A DNA stretch of 64,000 nucleotides. It comes from Malacoraja senta (taxonomy: Eukaryota). Below, in pieces: positions 12,832 through 26,800 of this stretch. Position 1 is the stretch's first letter. Every line of letters begins with the position of its first letter. Where the stretch lies: contig CM075978.1 of the NCBI GenBank assembly GCA_038087875.1, positions 152,830,001 to 152,894,000 of the forward strand, in the 5' to 3' direction. The position numbers and the translations under genes are program-made. The notes below the pieces were generated by a model that saw only the letters and a list, made by a program, of their open reading frames with translations, was not told the DNA's origin and ran no database searches.

Positions 12832-15800
12832 CAGGATCAAGCTAGGTTGAGGGCGAAATGGATAGGTCAAACATACCATTCTTCATTTACTTCGAAATCT
12901 AGAGGTACGTCAATCATTATAAGAAAAGGTATACCATTTAAAGCAAAGAATATCATAACAGACATCGAAGGGAGATACTTAATAGTTAATGGAGAAATTC
13001 ATGATACTCCATTTACCTTGGTAAATATATATGCGCCTAACTTTGACAACCCTCATTTTTAAAATAAAATTTTGAACATAATTGCAGAGTCTAACTATCA
13101 AAATGTTATAATAGGAGGAGACTTTAACTGTGTTTTAGATCCGTATTTAGATAAATCAAGCCAAAAACAGAGAGGGAATATGAAATCCAAAACCGGTGAA
13201 CTTCTCGATACTTACATAAACAATACTAATATAGCAGATGTTTGGAGAATAGTTAATCCAACTGGCAGGGAATACTCGTTTTATTCAATGGTACACAAAA
13301 CATACTCACGTATAGATTATTTCCTGCTGGATACAAAATTAATCCCTCATAATTTTAACCCAACATACCATACAAATTCGATTTCAGACCATTCTCCACT
13401 AACTTTCTTTTTAAAACTGGAAGGAATGTCTAAGAATAAATCGTTTTGGAGATTTAATTCTCAAATCCTAAAAGATCCACAAGCGAGTATATATTTAAAA
13501 GAACAAATGGATGCCTTTTTTCAAATAAATGACACTCCAGATATATCGTCTACTGTATTATGGGAATCTTTTAAAGCATACATTAGGGGTATTATAATTT
13601 CATATCAAGCTTTTCAAAATAAAAAGAATAAGAATGAACAAAGACAGTTAGAAGAACTTATTAGACAAATGGATATAGATAATGCTAAAGATCCATCAAT
13701 AGATAAACATAATAAAATAATAATTTTGAAATTTAAATTAAATAAACTATTATCAGCCAAACTTATAAGACTTTTTCAAATTACAAAACAAGAGCACTTT
13801 GAATTTTGGGATAAACCGCATAAACCTTTGGCTCGCCAGCTAAAAAAACGAGAAAAAGAACATACTATCCCAAAGATTAAATCAGATAAAGGGGAATTAT
13901 TAACCACACCGAAGGATAATAATAAAAGATTTGCGCAATTTTATGAGAATTTGTATATCTAAAACTACAATTGATTCCAATAAAATCACAGAGTTTTTGG
14001 ATAATTGTAATCTTCCAAAGTTAGAGTTGAAGGAACAAGAGGAATTGGGGGCACAAATCTCAATTAAGGAATTAGAAGATTCAATAAACTCACTAAAGAA
14101 TGGAAAAACACCAGTCCTGATGGATTTACTAATGAATTTTATAAAAGCTTCTATTATAAAATTATACCAAGATTACAAAAAATGTACCAATATGCTTTTA
14201 AAAAACAAATACTACCTGATACATTAGCGGAATCAACGATTACACTAATACTTAAGAAAGACAAAGATTTAGAAGAACCGGGTTCATATAGAGCTATAGC
14301 ATTGTTAAACACAGATCAAAAAATATTAGCGAAAACATTAGCTAGAAGATTAAGTAAATATATTAGTAAATTAATAAACCCAGATCAGACGGGGTTTATC
14401 CCTAAGAGATACTCATCTAACAATATGAGACGTTTACTCAACATAATGCACTCACACAAATCTGAAGAACAAGAATTATCAATTATTTCGCTGGATGCTG
14501 AAAAAGCATTTGACCAAGTAGAATGGAATTATATGGATAAAGTATTACAAAAATTCCTACAGCTAGAATATTAACTGATAACATATTATCCTCGAAATTC
14601 CAACTATCAAGGGGAAATATACAAGGATGCTCATTATCACCACAGTTGTTTGCTCTTATTATTGAACCGCTAGCAGAAAAAATTAGAATACACCCTGATA
14701 TCCATGGGTATAATACTAAAGATTCAAATAATAAAATATCTTTATACGCGGATGATATATTACTGTACATTACAAAACCTCAAATCACTGTACCAAATAT
14801 ATTAAATTTAATTGAAGACTTTGGATCTTTTTCTGGATACAGAATAAATTGGAATAAAAGTGAAATTATGTCAATAAAACCGAAAGATTCAACACATCTT
14901 TTAAAATTCCCTTTTAAAATAGCTACAGAAAAATTTAAATACTTGGGAATCGAAATTACTAGAACATATCAAGGTATGTTTAAAGCAAATTTTGATCCCC
15001 TACTTAATAAATTAAACACACTAATTAAATTTTGGAAAACGCTCCCGATGTCTTTAATAGGCCGAATAAATGCAATAAAAATTATCTTTCTACCACAAAT
15101 TTTATACCTATTTCAATCGATTCCTATATACTTACCAAAGAAGTTTTTTTTTTAAACTGGACTCAGATATCACTAATTTTATATGGGACTATAAATCACA
15201 TAGAATACAAAAAACTCACTTGAATAAACCTAAAGTATTAGGGGGTTTAGCACTACCTAATTTCATGTATTATTATTGGTCAGTAAATATTAAAAATATG
15301 ATTCAACTGATGGATAACTCTTCCCAGCAAGTGGACTGGATTGTAATGGAGAAAGAGGATTGCTCCTCTGGAAACATTGGAGCGATCCTCCTCTCACCAA
15401 TGAAACTGAATAATATATATTATAATAAGAACCCAATTATACATAGCACAATCCTAATTTGGAAACAAATAAAACAAAATTTAAAGTTAAGAAATTTATC
15501 ACTTTTATCTCCCATAGTTAATAACCCTTCGTTTAATCCCTCTACTATAGATAAATCTTTCACACATTGGGATAGACTAGGAATTAAAACGTTCGGTGAC
15601 TTGTATGAAACTGGAAAATTACTTTCATTTCAACAATTACAAATAAAATATAAACTCGGAAATAATCAATATTTTAAATATTTTCAAATATGCGACTATT
15701 TGAAAAAATATACAAAAGATCATTATAATAGCCCAGCAGATGTATTGGATGATGCAATGCAGATAAAAGCTGAATCAGCAAACTTAATATCATATTTGTA

Positions 15801-16828
15801 TAATATTATCTTAAATGTAGAAATACCATCTACGGAGGGTATCAGAAGAGACTGGGAACAAGAGTTAGCTATTAAAATTTCAAAGGAAAGGTGGAATGAA
15901 CACTTATTAAACGTGCATAAATGTTCGATTAATGTAAGACACACTTTAATACAATTTAAAATTTTACATAGATTATATTATTCCAAAACTAAAATCCATA
16001 AAATTTTCCCAAATGTATCATCCATTTGTGATAAATGTCAATCCCAAGAAGCTACTATAGCGCACTCATTTGTTTTCTGTACAAAAATTCAAAAATTTTG
16101 GATTGAAATTTTCAAAATCTTTACAAAATTATTTAAAATAAAACTGATACCCAAAGCAGAATGGATTATCTTCAGAATAACGGAAGATGGTCCAGAACTA
16201 AATGTGTTTCAAAAGAAACTAATAGACTACGGGTTAATAACTGGAAAAAAGCTAATCCTAAAATTTTGGAAGGAGGCTCCAATACCAACTATAAACATGT
16301 GGATTTCAAATATGTTCGAAACATTACACCTAGAAGAGATAAGACTCCTCCTGGCAGGTAAACCAGATCACTTCCACCTGACGTGGTCTGCATTTATAGA
16401 ATTATTACAAATATAGGGTGCAAAGGTACCTTAAAAAAAAAAAAAACGAGGTCAGGTAAGGGGGGGATGAAAGTTGGAGAGTTGGTATGTCCCATTTGCG
16501 TAATGCTCATAAAAACTATTTGTTTTTCTCTTTTCCCTCTTTCTCTTTCTCCTTCTTTTCTAGGGTCTATTTCTTAACTCTTTTTCTTTTGTTTTTAATT
16601 TTGTTCTTATAGGGTCTTCGTTCTTTCTTGTCACATTTTCTACACTTTCACTTTTTCCTTCACTTTCTTCTTTCTCTCAATCTCATCCTTTCCCTTTACT
16701 AGTGTAAAAAACAAACGGAGTACATTAATTGTAAGAAGATATAAGTGACGAGTACTAATGTATGTGGTTGTAATGTAACGTACTTCTATTAAATAATTTT
16801 TTTTTTCAATAATAAATAAATAAATAAA
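12832..16828 (+). mobile_element. 5'-truncated L1-clade LINE with disrupted ORF2 (APE endonuclease, RT, C-terminal CCHC region), in a FANCA intron, antisense to the gene
   Basis: Motifs NIYAPN, GGDFN, YSRIDYF, SDHSP, SLDAEKAFD, SLYADD and CDKC...H...C are split over several frames. (AATA)n tail. 14-bp TSD aattaaatcaatgt at 12818-12831 and 16829-16842. Confidence 0.95.
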
Positions 16829-17129
16829 AATTAAATCAATGTTAGCAAATTATCAGTATTCCCAGAAATTAACATCACTAATTATGCAATTAGAATTAGT
16901 TATTTGTTGCAATTGATTTTAGTTGTCATTTCAAAGAACTATTTTAAAGAATATATCAACAGTAATTTAATTGCAATGTGGTGTTTTTTTAATGGAAAAA
17001 TGTCGCTTTTCCAAATGTGGCTTTAAAAAAATATAAAGGATTGAATTTCTAAGTGTCATTCTTGACCTCTGGACATCTAACCATGCTTTAGACCCAATGA
17101 AATATCTTGACATGCAGTCACTGTTGTTT

Positions 17130-17600
17130 TGCATGAACTGTAGCAAAGAGTTTTTACTTAGCACGTTCCCCTAAACAAGAATGTTATAATGATCAAATTA
17201 CATGTTTTAGTGATGTGACTGGTGCAGAAATATTAGTCAGCACACCTGAGAAGTCCACAATTCTGCGAAAGAGTCTTCAACCTGAAATATTAACAGTTTC
17301 TTTCTACATATGATACCCTGCAGTCTGCTAAACCAGTGTTTCCAGCGGGCTTTTTAAATTCCAGATTTCTAGCATTATCAGAGTTTTGATTTTCAACAGG
17401 AAGTTTGCATCCATTGATGGGATTTTGTATATCACTTTGATAAGACAGCTGTGATCTTAGTTTAATGGTGCAATCCAAAGATGACATGAGTGAGCCAAAA
17501 ACCACCGCCTCGGTACTGAGCGAGTGTTAGTTTAGATTTCTGAGTTTGCCTTCAGGACTTGGGCCACAGCTGCCAATGAAGAGGCAAGTGTCCAATAACT
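17130..17600 (-). mobile_element. Ancient DeuSINE (SacSINE1/AmnSINE1-like) remnant
   Basis: gtttaatggtgcaatccaaagatgaca...cctcggtactgagcgagtgttagtttagatt resembles the reverse-complement Deu-domain consensus as I recall it. A similar plus-strand piece lies at about 51775-51880. Confidence 0.45.
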
Positions 17601-17744
17601 TCATGCAACATCCATTGTGATGTCAAAGGCGGCAATGACCTGCATTATGAAAAACGAGTACCACCACTACCTGTATCTTTGTCCTCATAGCTTCCTGTAC
17701 AATAACTGGGGTATCCCGTGAGCTGCTACTACTGCATAAGTATT

Positions 17745-17955
17745 GAAGGTAGACAAAAATGCTGGAGAAACTCAGCGGGTGAGGCAGCATCTATGGAATG
17801 AAGGAATCGGTGACGTTTTGGGTCGAGACCCTTCTTCAGACTGATGGGGGGGGGGGCGGGAAAAAGAAAGGAAGAGGTGGAGGCAGTAGGCTGTGGGAGA
17901 GCTGGGAAGGGGAGGGAAGGAGGGAGAAAGCAAGGACTACCTGAAATTGGAGAAA
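17745..17955 (-). mobile_element. PLE 3' end fragment (subfamily A)
   Basis: Reverse complement of the 43410-43610 region. The core has GAAA changed to AAAA. Other subfamily A copies at about 6455-6580, 29580-29665 and 56785-56865. Confidence 0.82.
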
Positions 17956-18529
17956 TTGATTAGTACGGGTGCCAGGGGTTATGGGGAGAAGGCAAGCGAG
18001 TGGAGTGAGGAGGGAGAGATAGATCAGCCATGATTGAATGGCAGAGTAGACTTGATGGGCCAAATAGCCTAATTCTGCTCCTATCACTTATGAATTTAGG
18101 TCCTTTGTAATTGATTGTGTTTCCCTTTTGAGTTACATTGTAATTGCATTCTTTCAAAAGTTTGTTATTTTCTTCAAAAGTCTACACTTTGAAGTTACTA
18201 TACTTTCATCATTGTTTAATTAGCACATATCCTTCAGATCTTACTGATAATGCTGATTTACCACCCATTGAACCATCAGGAGAGTCTAACCACACATTTC
18301 AACAGCATTGCTATCACCAAGTAGCCAACCGTCAACAACCAGGACTCCCCACTGACAAGCTGCTCAACTGGACCAGCTACATAAACACTAACTGCAAAAA
18401 CAGGTCAGATTGGATGTCCAGCAACAAATCACTCACTTCCTTACCTAGCCCAATCCCCATATCTTCAAAACAAAAGGTGGGATCACGATGGAATATTCTC
18501 CATTTGCTCGATCAACACAATACCGGTTG

Positions 18530-19022
18530 CTCAACACTTTAACTCCCCCTCCCATTCCCACACTGAACCTTCAGTCCTGGGCCTCCTCCATTGTCAGAGC
18601 GAGGCCCAGTGCAAATTGGAGGAATGTTTCACTTGGGCATCTTACACCCCAGCGGTATGAACATCGACTTCTCTAACTTCAAGTAACCCTTGCTTTCCCT
18701 CTCTCTCCATCCCTCCCCCTTCCGAGTTCTCCGACCAGTCTGACCGTTCCCCCGATTACATTTTATCTGTTTGCTTTGTTCTCACTTTCTCCTCGCTAAC
18801 AATGATCTATTCTACATTTTCCTTGATCTTCATTTCTTTTGATCTCTTACACTTCCTGATCTCGGTGACTCCCTCTCCCCTGACTCTCAGTCTGAAGAAG
18901 GGTCTCAACCTGAAACAACACCCATTCCTTCTATCCAGAGTTGCTGCCTGTCCTGCTGAGTTACTCCAGTATTTTGTGTCTATCTTCAGTGTAAATCAGC
19001 ATCTGCAGTTCTTTCCAACACA
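18530..19022 (+). mobile_element. PLE 3' fragment (end of GIY-YIG plus pseudo-LTR, subfamily B)
   Basis: Similar to 43255-43420, followed by CTGAAGAAGGGTCTCAACCTGAAAC. Similar fragments at 32755-33090, 55185-55515 and 56100-56550. Confidence 0.82.
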
Positions 19023-19762
19023 ATATCAACATTACTTAAGAAACCTGATGCTATTCTACGATAAAGTGTTTCACTGACGTGCCATTCACATACCTATACC
19101 TTCACATGCACCAGGATGCTGTGCGTTCAACCTATAAATTGTACAGTAACGTTTCTACTAAGCAGTCAGAGTTATACACTACAGAAATAGGTCCTTTGAC
19201 CCAGCTCATCCATGCTGACCAAGATACCCCAACTAATGCAGTCCCATTTATCCTGACTTTGGCCCACATCTCCCCAAACCCTTCCTATCCATGTACCTGC
19301 CCAATTTTGTTTTAAATGTTGTTATCGCACCCACCTTAACTGGCAGCTTGTTCCATTTACCCACCACCATCTAGGTGAAAAAATTGGCCTTCATGTTCCC
19401 ATTAAATCTTTTCACTCGCACCTTAAACCTATGCCCTCTCGTAAACATTTCAGATATACTCAAGAATTCAAGAGAGTTTTATTGTCATGTGTCGCAGATA
19501 GGACAATGAAATTCTTGCTTGCTGCAGCACAACAGAATATGTAAACATAATACAGAACAGGAGGTAAAAGTTAGTGCATATAAAAATTAAGGATATAACA
19601 TTAATGCATACATGTTAACAGAATGTAAGGTCAGTGCAGATAAATGTACATATACCCTCTGCTTCACCTAACAAACATCAACAAACAATGCGTGGCAGAG
19701 TGTGTTTACTTTAATTCAACACATATTTTAAAAGACTGATTATAATCTCAGGAGAAACTCAC

Positions 19763-19829
19763 CCAACAATTGCGAGAACGTTTTTCTACGAGTGACATCA
19801 AATCGACAATCGGACGGAGCACTGGACAT
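19763..19829 (-). CDS. FANCA: FANCA first coding exon (MSSAPSDCRFDVTRRKTFSQLL-G); the exon probably starts at the acceptor at 19855
   Basis: ATG at 19829, 67 nt, phase-1 donor G|gtgagt. RRKTFSQLLG aligns with human RRRAWAELLAG and joins the next exon in frame. An upstream ctgcag| acceptor is present. Confidence 0.85.
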
Positions 19830-20254
19830 TCTGACCTTCGCATAAAAGAACAACTCTGCAGAGTATAAACTACACCTTGAATTCACAGCTGTCTGTACCT
19901 ATTTCATTCCTACTCCACTGTGAAACTGGGTCATCTTCCATAGTCGGAGACCACTAATCACTGCAAGCATTAATACATAGCGGGAAATGGTGTATGATAG
20001 TAATATCATCAACTGTGCCTTGTGTACGTACGAATGGGTTCGTTTCTACAAATGGACAGAGTGCTGGAGTAGTTCAGCTGTACCAGCTCCACTGCTATTT
20101 GTGACCCTTAATCACTGGGTAATTGTATTGTAAATAACTGCAAAGATGTGCCATGAACAGCAGATTACTTGCTTCTTGTGCTGATGATCTTCATGCTACA
20201 TCTGCTGGGGTGCAGTGAACACACATGACAATACAGTGGTCTCATTGCTCCTGC

Positions 20255-20420
20255 CTTCATCTTTCCCGCCCTCTTCTTCTCCAGTCCACTTCCGCATTCG
20301 CGCTGGACCCGCCCCCCTCCAGCTGTCTGATTGGACGGCTCGTCCCCGGAAATGGCTGCTGATTTGCGGTCGGCGTTTGATTGACGTTGCGGTTGAGTGA
20401 CCCGCCCCCTTTGCCTGGAG
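20255..20420 (-). promoter_or_regulatory. Putative TATA-less FANCA promoter / transcription start region
   Basis: Local CpG/GC peak about 0.45 kb upstream of the first coding exon. Motifs: E2F-type TTTCCCGC (20262-20269), ETS-type CACTTCCG (20287-20294), GC boxes (20308, 20401), CCAAT on the minus strand (20330-20334), YY1-like AAATGGC (20350-20356), TGACGT (20382-20387). Confidence 0.7.
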
Positions 20421-21199
20421 TTGCCATCACTCTGCTGGCCAAAGATTATAGCTCCTCTAGTATAGTGTTAGTGTTAGTGTTAGACACAGCAAACCCACCT
20501 TTACAGCCCTCGTCTTTCCAAACTTAACAGAACAACTTGTAATGGAAAGAAAATGTGCAGCAAGTGAGTGGTGTTTTACTTTTCTCAAAGTTGCAGTTTT
20601 CCAGAATAAAAGGTTGTGTTTTTTTCTGTGTCATTCACTCCAAATGATGAAGCAGCTAAAATGTTGCCCTTGCTTTCCACATAATACTCATAACAATGTG
20701 ATGGAGGTGTTGTGTATTTGGATAAATGTTCAGCCCACCTGTGGAAGAAAAAGAAGTTAGCTGTCCAGAATTTCAATCTGTGACTTTGATTTTTTTTGTT
20801 TTAGAACATATCCTTCCCCCCCCCCCCAATCTTTTCAGTTGTTTCAAACAGGTTGATGATTTGATCACAAAATGTTTAACATTGTCATTGTTTTAACACA
20901 TTTTAAGAGGCTGAGGGTGGTTAAATAAAAGGAGGTTAAATAAAAGGAGGAGGGAGGGGGGTAAGCAAATTTACTGATAGGGTTTCATTTCTGTTTGGGA
21001 AGGCAACAAGCATGCATTTATATGAATTGCCCTAAATATATCAAAGATTTAAGGAGAAACAGATGACAATGACAATGACAAGAGCATAAGCTTGGTATGC
21101 AAGGACAGTTAATAGGTGCAGAGGCCTTTGTAAAATGCCATAGTAAGCCTGCTCAACTATTCAGCTGTGTCTATCAGCAATTCAGTAAAGTGAACTTCT

Positions 21200-21379
21200 N
21201 NNNNNNNNNNNNNNNNNNNNNNNNNNNNNNNNNNNNNNNNNNNNNNNNNNNNNNNNNNNNNNNNNNNNNNNNNNNNNNNNNNNNNNNNNNNNNNNNNNNN
21301 NNNNNNNNNNNNNNNNNNNNNNNNNNNNNNNNNNNNNNNNNNNNNNNNNNNNNNNNNNNNNNNNNNNNNNNNNNNNNNN
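21200..21379. other. Assembly gap (run of N)
   Basis: 180 N characters. Confidence 0.99.
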
Positions 21380-23214
21380 AACATACTTCGGCGTTCATAG
21401 CCCCCTGGACCAGATAATTACAAATATTTGCTACTCTCCAAGTGATGAAATGATTCCTCGTCTCAATGATGGACTCTTACCCTGACTCTCTGAACCGCTG
21501 TTCTTGATATCCATCTGTGGTGACATATCTTCAGTATATCCCCTGTCTTGACTTTTAAGAATTCTTGATATTTAAGAATATTTAAGATTTAAGATATTGA
21601 ATATCCGCTGTTCCTTTCTTACTACGAAAGTTGATAATTGAACATTTCTCAGAATGTTACCTCATCTGCTGACATTTTGTCTTACGGGTTAACCAATCTC
21701 CCTTGTGGTTTCTCTGCATTTTCCCAATTTACTTTTATTCCTGGCTTTGTGTTTCTAATAAATGTGGTTGTATTGTTCTCAGTCCGTGGATGTATGTGAT
21801 GGCTGTAGCTCTGGCACTCCTCCTTGTGTCGTATTAACCCACAAAAAATATTAATTCCTTCTCTGCTTTCCTGCCTGTTAATCAATTCCCAATGCTATTT
21901 TGACCCAATCATGTGAGTCATTCCACGAGGCCTATTTGAGGAAAATCGGAGAACCATGAGGGAGTAATTTAGGGCGGCATGGTGTTAATGCGTGGGGATC
22001 GTTGGTCGGTGCGGACTCGGTGGGCCAATGGGCCTGTTTCCACGCTGTATCTCTAAAAGTTTTTAGAAACGATTATGTGTGTAACTAGGATTTAATGAAG
22101 GAATTGGGAGTGGCAACTGATGACATCTGTAGACCATTTGGGGTGAAAAAACAATTTATGTGCTTTGACTCAACGTAGATGCTAGGCTTGTCAAATAAGG
22201 CGTAACATTAACTCCAAATTCTGCCTCATGTCCTGCCTCATGGTTTGGATGCATGTTTAAACCAAAAGAAAATTATTTAATCCAAAACCAAAAACAATAC
22301 AAACATTGGGGGGGAAAAATACTATTTTTCCATGAAAGAAAAGATAAGGCTTTGGTGAATGTTTTAGGATTGATTACTTCATACATTTGCATAGTGTAGC
22401 TTTACTTCCTCTGTGTGCATCAGATAAATAGTGTTCAGGAAGAATGTTTTATTTACTTTATCCAAAAAGCCCACTACAACCACTGCAGCAGAGTTATCGT
22501 CATGTAAGGTTTGTAAGAAGACAACATGTGTGTGTTTGTTTGAATGGAAATAATTATCTTTAAACGTCTCGTTTTTTTTTTTAGATTACGTGTCATGGCC
22601 TGCTGCTAGGTTTCATACGGTGAAATTCAATCTAGTTCCAGGTTGCATGCATGCCATCGATCTAAGGTGTCAAATCCTGATATCATTTTACCTTGACCAT
22701 ATAAAGGTGGTTGTTGAAAAGCGTAACATCAATAGGTTTATAACGTACATTCATCAATAATTAATCCAAAAAAACATTCTTGGGACATATAGAAATAACT
22801 GGAATTAAGATATGTGCTTGACAAATTCAAATGGGCAAGCACCTTGTCAAAAAGGCCTCTGAGGTAATTGTATGAATTACAGACTCTTGAAGCAGATGTC
22901 AACAGTTGACAAATGATCGCAAAGTATTGGGAAAGGCTGGATATTTTAGAGTCACAGCACATAAACAGGCCCTTCGGCCCACCGAGTCAGCACCGGCCAG
23001 TGTTCCCCGCACACTAACACTAACCTACACACACTTTGGACAATTTACACATATTCTAAGCCAATTAACCGACAAACCTGTACGTCTTAGGATAATCAAT
23101 CAGCTAGGGAAATGTAGGGAGAGGGAGTAGGTGAGGATTTTGACAATTGAGCTTGATCTGGCATTTACATTAATTATCAGTTCTTCTTATTGAGCACACA
23201 CAAGATTAGAAGTT

Positions 23215-23878
23215 GTTCAAGATTCAAGAGTTTATTGTCATGTGTCCCAGATAGGGCAATGAAATTCTTGCTTTGCTTCAGCACAACAGAATATAGCAGG
23301 CATGAATACAGAACAGATCAGTGTGTCCATATACCATTATATAAATATATAGAGACATCAATAAATAAAACAGTTAAAGTGCAAATAAACAGATAATGGG
23401 CTATTAATGTTCAGAGTTTTGTTTGAGTTGAGTTCAATGGCCTGATGGCTGTGGGGAAGTAGCTATTCCTGAACCTGGGCGTTGCAGTCTTCAGGCTCCT
23501 GTACCTTCTACCTGAAGGTAGCGGGGAGATGAGTGTGTGGCCAGGATGATGGGTCCTTGATGATGCTGCCAGCCTTTTTGGGCAACGACAGCGATAGATC
23601 CCCTCGATGGTAGGGAGGTCAGAGCCGATGATGGACTGGGCAGTGTTTACTACTTTTAGTAGTCTTTTCCGCTCCTGGGCGCTCAAGTTGCCGAACCAAG
23701 CCACGATGCAACCGGTCAGCATGCTCTCTACTGTGCACCTGTAGAAGTTAGAGAGAGCCCTCCTTGACAAACCGACTCTCGTAATCTTCTTAGGAAGTAG
23801 ATGCGCTGATGTGCTTTCTTAATAATTGCATCAGTGTTCTCGGACCAGGAGAGATCTTGAGAGATGTGCACGCCCAGC
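23215..23878 (-). mobile_element. Rex/Babar-like LINE 3' fragment
   Basis: KKAHQRIYFLRRL, NFYRCTVESMLTGCIVAWFG, RFRNSYFPTAIR. (TCTTGA)-like tail. Confidence 0.85.
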
Positions 23879-26800
23879 CGGAGTTCAGCCAGAGCTGAAC
23901 ACACTTCTCGGCATCTGCATAGAATGATGTCTGTCTTGTCGCTTCTTGTGCTTCTTGGGCGGTGGAAAGATTGGTGGAAACAGGTCCGCGACAAGAACGC
24001 TCTTTCCTTGACCCCAACTGATCAGTTAGGAGTAACTCTGAAGATGTCCTGTCCTCAAATTTTTAATAGACCGAAACTGAGTTGCTGAGGAATTTGGTTC
24101 AGCAGGTAGAACGACTTATGAGTTAATATCAGTCCCTCTGACCATTGTTCCTAATGCTTTGCCTGCCTTGTTTGATGTCACTGACTGTACTGGCGGCTTT
24201 AATAGCTATGCCCAATACCCATATTACACAAGCCGTTCCATGGTGTTCGTTCACCTTGTAAATGAGTCATCGTTTCCAATATTAGTTCAGCCCCTTAATA
24301 TATTCTCAATTGCTCTGTATTTGCTTTGCTTTGTCTTTGCTGTATGCAATTTGTAAGAATTTTAAATATATTGCCTCGTGGTTTGGGGATGCATGTTCAA
24401 CAGTAATATTCTCAAGGGAGTTGGAAATATTCTCAAAGGAGAAATGCATAGAAATGGTAAAGAAGCAAGGAAATAATATTAACTAAGTTGCTCAAAGAAG
24501 AGACTGATGCAAAGGAAATTATTGCCTCTTAATTATGCGTATTTAAAAAACCACAGTGTTGTGGCTAAAACAGAATTGGGTATAGGAGGCTGTTTTTAAG
24601 ATTAATTACTGTACATTGAGAATAGAAAGATAGATAGGAAATGAATTTTGGACTGTTTATGATCAATATGAGTAGGAAGGAACTGATTTGCACAAGATAG
24701 ACACAAAAGATCTTTACCGAATATAGACACAAAAAGCTGGAGTAACTCGGCGGGTCAGACAGCATCTCTGGAGAAAAGTAATAGGTGACATTTTGGGTAG
24801 AGACCCGTCTGAAGAAGGGACTCGACTCGAAACGTCACCTATTTATTTCCTCCCGGGATGCTGCCTGACCCGCTGAGTTACCCCAGCATTTTGTGTCTAT
24901 CTATGGTAAATATGATATAGGTAACCTCCACCAGTGAAGATTGAACCTCAACCAAAGGTTTTATGGATCATGGCTGTTACTAATTACATCAGAACTGGCA
25001 TAATTCACTAGGTCTCAAAATTAAACTAGTGTGTGGAACTGGAAATCATGCTCTTCCCTCATAATAAGTTTTGTAAACAAATGTTGGAAAGATCTGGCTT
25101 CTGACTACCTGCAACCTATGGATAACATTCCTGTGAAATGGGAATATTAAACCACATGGATTCGAAAAACATCCTCACTTATTTTGTGAATTTCAGTTGC
25201 TATTTTCTATTTTTTATTAATGGGTAGTCTCAAACCTCTCCAATATAAATTCTTAGCAGCCAAGAAAGGGAAGACAATTTTGCAATTTCTAATTCCCTTC
25301 AATCATTCAGCGCAGCACTTAAGGCCATGATTTTATCAAATCATGCCTCCATTCACAATGCACATCTGAAGTGCCCAGATAAACAGTTAATTCTGTAACT
25401 TGGCAGCCTGCAACACTCCTCACTCGACTTCAGTAAATGTAATTTAGCTGCTGTAAGTAAAGTGCTGTAAAAGTTAAATTAAACATTTTTGAAATAAATA
25501 ATTGAATGTTGATAATTAGTAGCTCAAGATCCTGATGTGTACATGTCCTGCTGGTGCCCATTATGTCTTCAAGGGCAGTTTTGGACTGGAATGGAAGTGA
25601 ATACTTTATTGTCCCCCACGCCGCGTCCTCCATTGCTTAAAGAAATCTGTTATATTCTGTCATTTTCTTTTGATCTGAACTTTTGATTCTTTTGATCATT
25701 TTCTTTTGATCCCATTGTATGTTTGCCGGCTCTCAGAATCCTGCCTCCTATTTCCTTGCAATCTATTACACTGGACCTTTTGTTGGTGTTTATTATGGTG
25801 TTCACAAAGTATTACGTTTACCTGTCTGTGCTGCTGCTGCAAGTGAGAATTTCATTGTTCTGTTTCTGTTTGACAATAAAACAGTCTTGACACTTGACTC
25901 TCCTCATCTCCCCCCCCCCCCCCCCCCTCTGCCAGTCCTACAATTCTCCTGCCACCCATCTATCTGCACTTGGGGCAATTTACAGCTTCCAGTTAACCTC
26001 TCGATGTGTATTTGGGGTGTAGGAGGATGCCCAATGGTCATAGAAAGAATAGGCAAGGTCCACAACCACAGATCACCCTCGGTCAGATTTTGGCACGGGT
26101 CACTGGACCTTTTGGATACAACCATTTCTGCCACTCGCCCCATACCTTACATATAACTAGATTTAACCAATGTTTCTTCAAAACTATTTGACTCCTGAAA
26201 ATGTTCTTATTTTTAAACAGGTGTGAATTATCATTGTGTTTTTTAATTAATGCTGGTATTTTTAAGGATTTACCTTTTTTAATTGCTTTGGATTACAAAC
26301 AAGCAAATTATTTTGTCTACCCATGTTCTCCAGAGAGGCTCCCTGACCCATTTAATTACTCCAGCAATTTGTGTTGTTTTTTTGTAAACCAGCTTCTTTC
26401 TAAATTATATTTTTGATCATTTTTCCTCATTTTCCCTTCCATGTGGGCATTGAGGGTTGGGTATAAAACAAATGGTTAGATTATATATAGGTTAGGTATA
26501 AATGGTTAGGTATAAAATAAATTTGATACTTCAGATGAACTGTAAAGCAAATCCATCCTTTATAACTTCTGGTGGATATATCAATTCTGTTCCATTATTC
26601 AGAACCATTAAGGGCCAGTCCCACTTAAGCGATTTTTTTTTTAGATGACTACAGGCGACTGCCGAAAAATCGTTTTCACACCTTACCCTTCCATATCTCT
26701 CTCTCCCTTTCCCCTGACTCTGTCTGAAGAAGGATCTCAACCCAAATCGTCACCCATTTTGCACGTGCATTTTGCTCCAGAATCTCTCTATCATCCCTCT

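Noticed and set aside
12694-16416. L1 ORF2 as an active or domesticated gene
   Set aside because: It is 5'-truncated, has several frameshifts and stops, and has an apparent internal deletion near 14555.
20257-20442. Minus-strand ORF (MATPGKGGG...) as the FANCA N-terminus
   Set aside because: It ends in a stop, has no FANCA similarity and overlies promoter motifs. The exon at 19763-19829 fits better.
21097-21417. ORFs spanning the N run
   Set aside because: Artefacts of the assembly gap.
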